Notes: generated by a model not told the origin, from the letters alone. Counted from the first letter of the stretch, positions 1 through 8,776 are shown. The stretch: DNA of 23,161 bases from Octopus sinensis (GCF_006345805.1 NW_021836668.1:1-23161); one strand, 5' to 3'. Made by a program: numbers and translations.

Positions 1-29
1 TAAAAGAATAAAAGAATAAAAGAATAAAA
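1..29 (+). repeat. (TAAAAGAA)n tract, probably the 3' tail of a family-A SINE upstream of the window
   Basis: TAAAAGAA x3.5; resembles the (TAAAAGAG)n tails at 3623-3638 and 15399-15415. Confidence 0.5.
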
Positions 30-32
30 AAA

Positions 33-155
33 TTCTTGCTCTCCTGTCTCTTTCTCTCTCTCTCTCACACTCACCTTCACTGTCTGTCTCTTCTCTGTCT
101 TTCTCTCTCTATTTATATATATATATACATACATATATACTTTGATACTTTGATA

Positions 156-200
<45 letters not shown>

Positions 201-434
201 TATATATATATACATATATATACACATACATATATATATATATACACACACACACAACACACACATTATATCTATACATACATACATACATATATATATA
301 TACACATACATATATATATACATATACATATATATATACATATATATATATACACATACATAATATATATACATATACATATATATACACACACATATTA
401 TATATGTACACATATATTATATATACATATATAT

Positions 435-492
<58 letters not shown>

Positions 493-700
493 GCTTATGC
501 ATATGTATATGCATGTACATACGCACACGCACACAGGTAGAGAGAAAGAGAGCGAGAGAGAGAAAAAGGGACCGAGAGAGAAATATACAGAGTGACAACG
601 GAGAAATGGAAGGAAATTAGAGAGGGAATAGGAGGAGAGAGGGGGGAAGCGAGAGCTGGATAGAAAATAAGAGACACACAACAAAGGAAAGAGAGAAGGA
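33..700. repeat. Compound microsatellite: (CT)n, (TA/CA)n, GA-rich
   Basis: Direct reading; explains ORFs 109..684, 398..598 and 495..677. Confidence 0.95.
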
Positions 701-783
701 AAGATTCAAAGCGTTTTCGCTGGTGTAGTAAGACATCTCTAGCAGAGATAATAAAAGAGACGAAGGCATGAAGACGACCTCAC

Positions 784-834
784 CCAACGCCTTCGCACCC
801 TAACACTTTTGATGTCTGGACTGAGGAGTGAAAC
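784..834 (-). CDS. Candidate 51-nt exon (phase 2/2 reading FHSSVQTSKVLGCEGVG), product unknown
   Basis: Unique island between microsatellites; minus-strand acceptor tttaag| and donor GG|gtgagg; phase-compatible with candidate exon 5671-5752. Confidence 0.25.
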
Positions 835-934
835 CTTAAATATCACGTAATAAACAAGATAGAGATTGCTGGTATGTATGATGTCGGTGGGGGTGATGGG
901 CGGAAGCGGCGCGCTGTTTAATCTGTGCATATAC

Positions 935-955
935 TAAATACACACGAACAAACAC

Positions 956-995
<40 letters not shown>

Positions 996-1462
996 CACAC
1001 ACTCACACACACGCATACAAACACACTGGCACATACATACTGTCTAGAAATACAGTTTTATTCACATATATGTACAAAAATATACATATACATACAAACA
1101 TATATATACATACGTATATTTGTGCGTGTGTGTGTGTGTGTTTAGGGAGAGAGAGAAAGAGAGAGTGGTGTGTATGTGCGTGTGTCCGGTGTCCGTGTAT
1201 ATATGTTTATAAGTAAGCGTAAATCAAAGTATGTTAAATCTGTGTCTCTTCACTATTTATCTCCATGTATGTGTGTGCGTGTATATATATCTAGAGAGAG
1301 AGACAGAGAGATGTATTTATATATATTTATGTGTGTGTGTGTGTGTATGTATGCATGTGTGTGTGCGTGTGTGTGTATATATATATATGTGTGTGTGTGT
1401 GTGTGGTGTGTTGTGTATGAATGTGTGTGTGCGTGTGTATATATATATATATTATATATATA
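935..1462. repeat. Compound (CA)n/(TG)n/(TA)n/(GA)n microsatellite block
   Basis: Direct reading. Confidence 0.95.
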
Positions 1463-1467
1463 TGATG

Positions 1468-1757
1468 GCTTCCCCCTCGTTATCGAGTATGGCCATTGCA
1501 CGAAGCTCAACTGTTATTGGTGCTGTGATCGAATGTCACTTTTATTTGCTTTTTAAGGCTACAGCCAGCCATTCAGTTGAGACTCACAGCACCATCAACA
1601 ATTATGAACAATGTTGTTATCGTGCAATGCCTGTGCAGGAAATTTTTTTTTAAAGTGAGGAAAGACTGTGCACTGAGTGAATCCCTCTCACTAAGCAACA
1701 GCAGCCATAATCCAAAAAGAACAAGTCAACATCATTGGTAACCACTGAGCCGCAGGT
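1468..1757 (-). mobile_element. RTE-related non-autonomous retroposon remnant (RTE 5'UTR-like segment plus RTE-like 3' tail)
   Basis: caatgcctgtgc...ttaaagtgaggaaaga.tgtgcac and ccctcgttatcgagtatggccat resemble, from recall, the reverse complement of RTE/BovB-clade UTR segments. Confidence 0.4.
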
Positions 1758-2019
1758 TTTATGTTGAAGTTATCCCAGTTACCTGAGTTACCATCTCCTA
1801 GAAGGATGCCCGAACAAAGGCTAGGAGTCCTTCACTCCCAATGGTTTAACCGCGCGATCGGGTATTCAGTCCGATTATTTCTATGTCCCCACGCATGATA
1901 CAGCCTTAAGCCTTAAGAAAAAAAAAATTACACATTTAATGGATGGCCGTTGACTCTCAAGAGTTCCTCCGCCCTATACATACACACATACATACATATA
2001 ATATGCAGATAAACAGCGT

Positions 2020-2020
<1 letters not shown>

Positions 2021-2083
<63 letters not shown>
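2021..2083. repeat. (TA)n microsatellite
   Basis: Direct reading. Confidence 0.97.
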
Positions 2084-2089
2084 TTACTT

Positions 2090-2320
2090 TATTTAAAGCA
2101 GCAGAAAATTCAACAAAACCTGTTACTCTGAGTTTTCCGTTGCCGTTCATCGGACTGTTTTTGCTAGAATAGCAAAAACAGTCCGATGAACGGCAACGGG
2201 AAACTCAGAGTAACTGGTTTTGTTGAATTTTCTGATGCTTTAAATATAGCATATTACTCTACCACTGGTATTTGAGTACTCTTTTTTCCACCTTGTTTCA
2301 CATTTATGTGTTTACTCCGG
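2090..2320 (+). mobile_element. Penelope-like element terminal remnant: 77-bp inverted repeat (2090-2166 / 2170-2246) plus unique tail, embedded in (TA)n
   Basis: Arms match with 3 mismatches around a 3-nt loop (GAA); arms contain a minimal hammerhead; (TA)n on both sides. Confidence 0.7.
2171..2224 (+). ncRNA. Minimal type I hammerhead ribozyme (variant core CCGAUGA)
   Basis: Stem I agcaaaaacagt 2171-2182 / actggttttgtt 2213-2224; CCGATGA 2183-2189; stem II ACG-GCAA-CGG; GAAA 2200-2203; stem III A-CTC-A-GAG-T; GUA triplet, predicted cut after 2212. Confidence 0.7.
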
Positions 2321-2342
2321 TATATATATATTTATATATATG

Positions 2343-2885
2343 CAGGGTGCGATTGGTTAAATAATTGCCATTTTGTATTTTTTAATTTCGCGCATGCGCA
2401 TAATTTGGCTTAGATTTTGTCGACTACACAGTACAGTAGGCTCAGTTGGGCACCGTCTATGAGAAAACCAGCAGCATGACGCAATCCACTCTGCCAGAAA
2501 TTTGGAAACGACATGCTGTACTGCTTGGCCTTTGTACCGGAAGCTCCAATACGAACATTTTGGAGTGTTTAGATGTCAATGTGAGAACATTTCGTGATAA
2601 AACACAAACATCCAGTCAACATCATGGTATTTGAAGTGATCACTAGTGCTGGCGACGTTATGCCTCAATACACTTTCCCACACGGCCTCAGACTCAACAC
2701 CGAAGTCTACATCAAATGCTTGGAGGAGGTAATACTGCCCTGGGTTAAGATGGTAGCTGCTGGAAGACCCTATGTCTGGCAACAGGACTCTGCACCATGC
2801 CACACAAGCAGGAGGACCCAATTATGACTGTCATACATTTTTTTTGCAACTGCATCACCCCTAACATCTGGCTACTTAACTCCGC
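2343..2885 (+). pseudogene. Decayed, internally deleted Tc1/mariner (maT/DD37D-like) transposon
   Basis: Begins cagggtg next to a TA tract; N-terminal MTQSTLPEIWKRHAVLLGL...; catalytic region KHPVNIMVFEVITSAGDVMP...LNTEVYIKCLEEVILPW...YVWQQDSAPCHTSRRTQ; stops and frameshifts follow. Confidence 0.88.
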
Positions 2886-2967
2886 CCCCCACCATCGCTT
2901 GACAACCGATGTTGATGTGTTTACGTCCCCGTAACTTAGCGGTTTGGCAAAAACTACGGATAGAATG
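2886..2967 (+). mobile_element. SINE family A internal fragment
   Basis: catcgcttgacaaccgatg...tttacgtccccgtaacttagcggtt matches copies at 3241-3638 and 6313-6775. Confidence 0.85.
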
Positions 2968-3020
2968 ATCATGAAATTGCCCTAGAAAGTTACTTTCCGA
3001 GGCACATCTTCTATGGGCAG
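2964..3020 (-). mobile_element. Fragment of the SINE family D (RTE-like) tail
   Basis: gaatgatcatgaaattgccctagaaagttactttccgaggcaca aligns with 14836-14880. Confidence 0.6.
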
Positions 3021-3240
3021 ATATTAATTTAATAAATCAAGAATTTATGTTGTATGGTATTTGATATGCCTTCATTTGCCGATGCTATTCAAATACATGC
3101 TATTGGCTATTTTAAGCTGTTTCTCTTTGTTCTTTCTAGGTTAAATTAAGCGTGGATGAGGAATGGCTAGATGGCTTGATAATTAGTTGGCATCGTAGAC
3201 GGATGGATGGTCGGGTGGCTGTTGCTTTGTCCAATTCTGT

Positions 3241-3638
3241 GGAGGAGTGGGTGTGTGTTAAGTAGCTTGCTTACCAACCACATGGTTCCGGGTTCATTCC
3301 CACTGCGTGGCACCTTGGGCAAGTGTCTTCTACTATAGCCTCGGGCCGACCAAAGCCTTGTGAGTGGATTTGGTAGACGGAAACGGAAAGAAGCCTGTCG
3401 TATATATGTATATATGTGTGTGTGTATGTTTATGTGTCTGTGTTTGTACCCCCAACATTGCTTGACATCCGATGCTGGTGTGTTTACGTCCCCGAAACGT
3501 AGCAGTTCAGTAAAAGAGACCGATAGAATAAGTACTAGGCTTACAAAGAATAGGTCCTGGAGGCAATTTGCTCGACTAAATGCGGTGCTCCAATATGGCC
3601 ACAGTCAAATGACTAAAACAAGTAAAAGAGTAAAAGAG
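3241..3638 (+). mobile_element. tRNA-derived CORE-like SINE, family A, near full length
   Basis: B-box-like GGTTCATTCC, CORE-like accttgggcaagtgtctt, internal (TG/TA)n, tail (GTAAAAGA)n; many copies in window. Confidence 0.93.
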
Positions 3639-3654
3639 TTGTGTAATCTGGGCT

Positions 3655-3735
3655 TTTGTTTTTAGCCCCAAGTAAACCCTTCTTAAACAGTCCTATGATC
3701 AAACGCATTCCAGCCACGTGCATTCCATCCTTTTT
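3655..3735. mobile_element. Short interspersed repeat (family F), similar to 6063-6133 and 22811-22862
   Basis: Shared tagcc.caggtca...atcaaa.gcattccag...accat.c motif, usually beside TTG/TTA-rich tracts. Confidence 0.5.
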
Positions 3736-3900
3736 TAGGAAGAGTAGGGTCTAGGACTACGTAACCTCAAAGTCCTTTTTAAAAAGGCAACAAAATACGG
3801 TTTGAGGGAAATTTCACTGCAATTTCTTGCAGACCGTGCGATCACGTAGAGGCATTTTCCGAAGCTCTTGTTGTTTAGAGGGTTATCAACAAGGAGTCTG

Positions 3901-4072
3901 TCGCGTGTGCGTGTGGATGCGTGTATGTATTTGTGTATGTGCGTATGTATATGTTTATGTGTGTTTGTGTGTCCGTGTATCTGTGTGTTTATGTGTGTGT
4001 TTGTGTGTGTATGTATGTGTCTGTGTTTATGCGTGTTTGTGTGTGCGCGTATGTATGTGTTTGTGCTTGTGT
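3901..4072. repeat. Degenerate (TG)n microsatellite, resuming at 4508-4690 after the MITE
   Basis: Direct reading. Confidence 0.9.
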
Positions 4073-4073
4073 A

Positions 4074-4506
4074 GGATCTTTTCGGTTTGAACGGCAGTTT
4101 TTCTAGCGGTGTCATATGAAATTGTCACCCATAATTATGACCCTAGTATCGATCTATTGCGTTTCAATCTATTTTAGGGTTAGGGTTAGGGTTAGGGTTA
4201 GGGTCAGGGATGGGGGGGAGGGTATCTTTTTTTCTTCACAAATGTAAATAAACCCAATCTCTTTCTTAAACGAGGGACATATTCATACGGCACAATGTTT
4301 TTTTACCTCAGTAAACGTCAGTGATTGGTTGAAATTAAGAAATTGAAGAAAAAAAAACAACAAATATCTTACAAACTATAGAATTTTCTCAATAAAGCCA
4401 AGAGAAAAAGATGTTTTATAAACACATTCTACCAGCATACGATGTTTAAAATTTTTTAGTTACCAAGAAATTATGTTAAAAACTGCCGTTCAAACCGAAA
4501 ATATCC
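4074..4506. mobile_element. Non-autonomous TIR element (MITE) with internal (TTAGGG)5
   Basis: 29-bp TIRs ggatcttttcggtttgaacggcagttttt / aaaaactgccgttcaaaccgaaaatatcc (1 mismatch); TTAGGG x5 at 4174-4203; related copy at 8173-8436. Confidence 0.9.
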
Positions 4507-4694
4507 CTTGTGTGTATGTGTGTGTGTTTGCGTGAGCGTATGGTTGTATTGTTGGGTGTGATTGCGTGTGCAAATATACAGCTATTTCTCTTCCCTGTAC
4601 ACCTATGTGGGTGGACAGATGAGTGGGCGTGTGCGTATTTGTATGCGTTTGTTCCTGCGCACGCGTGTATGTGTATGCATATTGTGGTGAGACA

Positions 4695-5407
4695 GTGATG
4701 ACGGTGGCGAAGGTGGAGAGGTTGATAGTGACGATAATCTGTGGAGATGGCGATGGCGGTGGTGGTTCTGGAGAAGATATTTCCAGAGACAGTCCCCTCG
4801 CTTAGTTCTGTCGTTCGTGGTGGCGACAGCGGTTGGTGGTAGTGGTGATGGTGGTGTTGGTGGTGATGGTGGTGATGGTCATGTTGGTGGTGCCGGTAGT
4901 GGCGCCGATGGTGGTGGTGGTGGTGGTAGTGGTTTTGGCTGGAACTGGAGGTGATACACTTGGTGACAGCTGTTGAAGGTGGCGGTGGCGGTAAAGTGCG
5001 GTGGTGGGGTGGTAGTGGTGATGGTGGTGGTGGTGGTGGTGGTTATGGTGGTGATGGCGGTAAAGTGCGGTGGTGGAGGTGATAGTGGTAATGGTGGTGG
5101 TGGTGGTGGTGGTGTCGGCATTGGGAGCAGTGGTTTTGTGGGGTAGGTGGTGCTGGGGTAGCGAGATGGTAGCAGAGATTGTGCTGCTGGTGGTGGTGGC
5201 GATGGGGCAGTGATTTAGGTGGTGGTGGTGGTTGTGGTGGTGGTGGGTGGTGGTGGTGGCGGTAAAGTGCGGTGGTGGAGGTGGCGGTGATGGCGGACAC
5301 TTAATGGTGTTAATGGCGGCGGGGTTGATTGTGGTTGGACTGGAGAGAGGGGTTGGAGCTGGTGTCGGTATAAATGATGGCGACATATAGATTGGAGGTG
5401 GTGGTTG

Positions 5408-5445
<38 letters not shown>

Positions 5446-6060
5446 ACGGCGGGAGGAGGTGACATTTGGTGAAAGCAGTGGTGTTGGCGATGTAGGTGAT
5501 AGCAGTGGTGGTGGTGGTGGTGGTGGTGGCGCTGCTGGTGGTGGTGGTGGAGCTGGTGGTGGTGGTGGTGATGGTGGTGGTAGTGGTGGTGGCGACGGCG
5601 GTGGTGTGAGTGTGATATTTTCTGCTTTATCGTCACCTTGACAAATCGGTTTCTTTGATCTTTCCATTACCTACCCAGGTAGTAGTCAGTACATTTGACT
5701 AGTCTCTGTAGGACGGCTCCACCCTGTCGCATTAATCTGCCGTGTAATTCACCTGGTGGCGGCGGCTTTGCTGGTGATACTGGTGATGGCGGCGGCGGCG
5801 GCGGTCGTGGCGGTGGTGATGGTGGTGGTCCTGTAATGATGATTGTGATGGTGGTGAGGGTGGTTTGGGGGAGTGTTGATTATGTTGACGGCAATGATGG
5901 GAGTAGGGCATGATTCTACTGGTGGTGGTGGTGGTGGTGGTGGTGGTGGTGATGGAGATGGTAGTTTAGTGATACTGACGTCCTGTTATTATTGTTATTA
6001 TTATTGTTGTTGTTTTTGTGGTGGTGGTGATGGTGGTAGTGTTAGTTGTTGTAGTTATAA
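4695..6060. repeat. Degenerate (GGT)n low-complexity block containing (CTG)n at 5410-5445
   Basis: Direct reading; gives poly-P/H/T/G/V ORFs in several frames. Confidence 0.9.
5671..5752 (-). CDS. Candidate exon (ELHGRLMRQGGAVLQRLVKCTDYYLG), product unknown
   Basis: Complex island inside (GGT)n; only one minus frame open; ccag| acceptor without a polypyrimidine tract; donors AG|gtaatg or GG|gtaggt. Confidence 0.25.
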
Positions 6061-6062
6061 TT

Positions 6063-6133
6063 TATTCAACCGCAGGTCAGTTCTGATAGGGCATACCTCA
6101 CAATCAAAGGCATTCCAAGAGTAACCATCCTGT
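6063..6133. mobile_element. Short repeat family F copy
   Basis: caggtcagttctgat...atcaaaggcattccaagagtaaccatcc; see 3655-3735. Confidence 0.5.
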
Positions 6134-6230
6134 TGTTATTGTTATTATTGTTCTTACTATTGTTCTACATTTTGTTGTTGTTATTGCTGTCGGCATTATA
6201 TTGTAGAAACTGTATTATCTAACACGAGAA

Positions 6231-6812
6231 GGGCAGCGGATTGGCAGTGTCGTTATATACCTTAAGGCCATTTACTCTGAATATTTTACGTTCTAAGTTC
6301 AAATTACGCAGAGGCGTAGAAGTGGCTGTGTGGTAAGTAGCTTGCTTACCAACCACATGGTTCCGGGTTCAGTCCCACTGCGTGGCACCTTGGGCAGGTG
6401 TCTTCTACCTTAGCCTCGGGCCGACCAAAGCCTTGTGAGTGGAGTTGGTAGACGGAAACTGAAAGAAGCCCGTCGTATATATGTATATATATGTGTGTAT
6501 GTGTACATGTGTGTGTGTGTACATGTGTGTATATGTTTGTGTGTCTACATGTGTGTATATGTTTGTGTGTCTGTGTTTGTTGCCCCCCCCAACATCGCTT
6601 GACAGGGGACGTAAACACTGGTGTGTTTACGTCCCCGTCACTTAGCGGTTCGGCAAAAGATACCGATAGAATAAGTACTAGGCTTACAAAGAATAAGTCC
6701 TCGGCTCGATTTGCTCGACTAAAGTTGATGCTCCAGCATGGCCACAGTAAAATGACTGAAACAAGTTAAAGAGTATGTCAAACTTTGTCTTTGGTCCATC
6801 GGGGGTCGATAC
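6231..6812 (+). mobile_element. Old SINE family B copy (6231-6312 plus 6776-6812) split by a family-A insertion
   Basis: acgttctaagttcaaattacgcagagg resumes after the insert as gtcaaactttgtctt...ggggtcgata. Confidence 0.7.
6313..6775 (+). mobile_element. SINE family A, full length
   Basis: A box TGGCTGTGTGG, B box GGTTCAGTCC, CORE-like segment, internal microsatellite, tail. Confidence 0.95.
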
Positions 6813-6859
6813 AATTGTAAATATGCAGCTTAGAGCTGTAAAAAAGGGAAGCGAAACTA

Positions 6860-7285
6860 ATTGTGCTGGATGTGACGATAGGGAAATCCTATAATTTTAT
6901 AAAGGCATTGAAAATATCATCAGGATAAGTAGTACAATGGGAGTTGGGTGCTTGGTGCAGGAGAAAAGGGTCCAGGAAAAATGGTGCCCGATTGAGATCC
7001 TCGATCGTTTATGCGAAACACTTTCGCCCATTATGATACAATAGATATTACCAGGAGCGTGTTCTATATCCAATGTGTGGCCTTCCTATATTAAGTTTAG
7101 GTCACTTTTATATTTGCGAAGTTGTGAACCATTTTATTCAATTTTGTCGATCCAACGATAAGAGCTTCCATTCACAGACGATCGAAGGGCGATGGATGCT
7201 CGCCAAGAAGAAACTCGGGTGACAATGCAGAACAAGTGATGTTTTACTTACGGCATATTTATATGAGCATCTGTGGTAAAATAGC
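6860..7285 (+). pseudogene. Decayed Merlin / IS1595 (ISXO2-like DDE) transposase
   Basis: Reading across stops and frameshifts: KYHQ..GSWVLG, DRLCETLSPIM..ILPG..SISNVWPSY, VVNH..NFVDP, HSQTIEGRW..AKKKL, AYLYEHLW, collinear with Merlin motifs. Confidence 0.82.
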
Positions 7286-7336
7286 TCTGCACTGCGAGAA
7301 CACCTTGTATGTTAAGTGCTTTGTTTCCATATTATA

Positions 7337-7515
7337 TTGGTGTCAAATGTCGGCACAAGACCGGTTATTTCAGGGAGAGGCCAGTCGATCACATCGACCC
7401 CAGTGCACAACTGGTACTCATTTTATCGACCCCGAAAAGATGAAAGGCAAAGTGGACCTCAGCGGAATTTGAACTCAGAACGTAAAGATGGACGAAATGC
7501 CGCAAAGAATTTTGT
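7337..7515 (-). mobile_element. SINE family B variant (alternative tail)
   Basis: actggtactcattttatcgaccccgaaaagatgaaaggcaaagt...gaatttgaactcag. Confidence 0.85.
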
Positions 7516-7528
7516 GAACTAATCATTC

Positions 7529-7759
7529 TTATTTCTTTACTGCCCACAAGGGGCTAAACATAGAGGGGACAAACAAGGACAGACAAAGGAATTAAGTCGA
7601 TTACATCGACCCCAGTACGTAACTAGTGCTTAATTTATCGACCCCGAAAGGATGAAAGGCAAAGTCGACCTCGGCAGAATTTGAACTCACAACGTAACGG
7701 CAGACGAAATACCGCTAAGCGTTTCGTCCAGCGTGCTAACGATTTTGCTAGCTCGCCCC
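7529..7759 (-). mobile_element. SINE family B, full length (tRNA-derived head, conserved central domain cctttcatcctttcggggtcgataaa)
   Basis: High identity to 11463-11693, 20753-20985 and 22553-22784. Confidence 0.95.
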
Positions 7760-8055
7760 CTTGTTTTCATGTTATATTAATATAATGAAATTATGGGATT
7801 TTTACTGTCGTCACTTCTGGTTTCCATCGCGATTTACTTTCACTTTTTAAGACACTAAACTGCATATTAACCGAATCAGTAAGGAGCCAGCCAAGTACTA
7901 AGATCGATAGCATCAACAAAGCCCTTCTCGACTAATCCTCTCCGTCGCTAATATATAATTTTTACCCAGCTCGCCAGCTATTTGCGACAGCAGTGACTGA
8001 TAAGTCACTGTTTTCTATATACGAGTAGAAGCTAGGTTGACAGGTAACAGTAATA

Positions 8056-8116
8056 GTGGATATCTGCTACTGATGAAGTGCAAACATGCTGAAATCACGT
8101 GATATGGCAGTTCCAC
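8056..8116 (+). ncRNA. Type I hammerhead ribozyme with intact core and palindromic stem III
   Basis: CTGATGA 8070-8076; stem II AGTG/TGCT; GAAA 8091-8094; ATCACGTGAT 8094-8103; AUA triplet, predicted cut after 8104; stem I CTGCTA/TGGCAG plus distal GTGGA/TCCAC. Confidence 0.85.
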
Positions 8117-8172
8117 CGCCGGTGCTGGAAAATTTTCTGTACTTTTAAGTACTTCACGTCTATACAATATAG

Positions 8173-8436
8173 GACAATTTCATATGACACCGGAAATAAT
8201 TGTTGTTGACACATTACGGCAGAAATCGTTTTCACCTCAATAGACGTCATTGATTGGTTGAAATTGCCGAAATGCAAGAAATTAAAGACCAAATATCTTA
8301 CAAACTACAGAATTTTCTCAAGAAAGCCAAGAGAAAAAGATGTTTTATAAACACAGTCTACTGGTATACGAAGTTTAAAATTTTTTAGTTACAAAGAATT
8401 TATTTTTAAAATTTGCCGGTCAAACCGAAAGGATCC
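8173..8436. mobile_element. Partial second copy of the MITE family at 4074-4506
   Basis: 8215-8436 aligns with 4285-4506 including the right TIR ...caaaccgaaaggatcc followed by TA. Confidence 0.88.
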
Positions 8437-8443
8437 TACATAA

Positions 8444-8444
<1 letters not shown>

Positions 8445-8506
<62 letters not shown>
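8445..8506. repeat. (GATA)n microsatellite
   Basis: Direct reading. Confidence 0.98.
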
Positions 8507-8776
8507 TGTACGTAGGTGTGCGGGCGCGCATGTGTTTGTATGGACACGCGCGCTTACGCGATTACTTTGAGTATTTTTAACTCCCTTACGTTTACTCCCT
8601 CCCACTACTTAGCGGTCATTCTAATAGCTCTTTTGTCTTAATAACGGTCGATCACACAAGGCTGAACACAGACGGGACAAATTACAAAGTAGAGCTTTTC
8701 TTTTTGGGGAGAAAAAAAGTGAGATAAGTTTTCGAGAGAGAGAGAGAGAGATAACAAGCTTCCACACTGTTTATTA

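Noticed and set aside
109-1653. ORFs rich in YI/CV/HT dipeptides (also near 3735-4115, 16012-17064 and 19565-19997)
   Set aside because: Translations of dinucleotide and tetranucleotide microsatellites
3120-3265. Strong acceptor ttctttctag followed by an open frame VKLSVDEEWLDG...
   Set aside because: No convincing donor; the frame runs into a SINE and matches nothing I recognise
4174-4209. TTAGGG array as a telomere or chromosome fusion scar
   Set aside because: Only five units, one orientation, and enclosed by MITE TIRs
6313-6385. tRNA gene (A and B boxes)
   Set aside because: It is a SINE head continuing into the CORE-like body; no full cloverleaf
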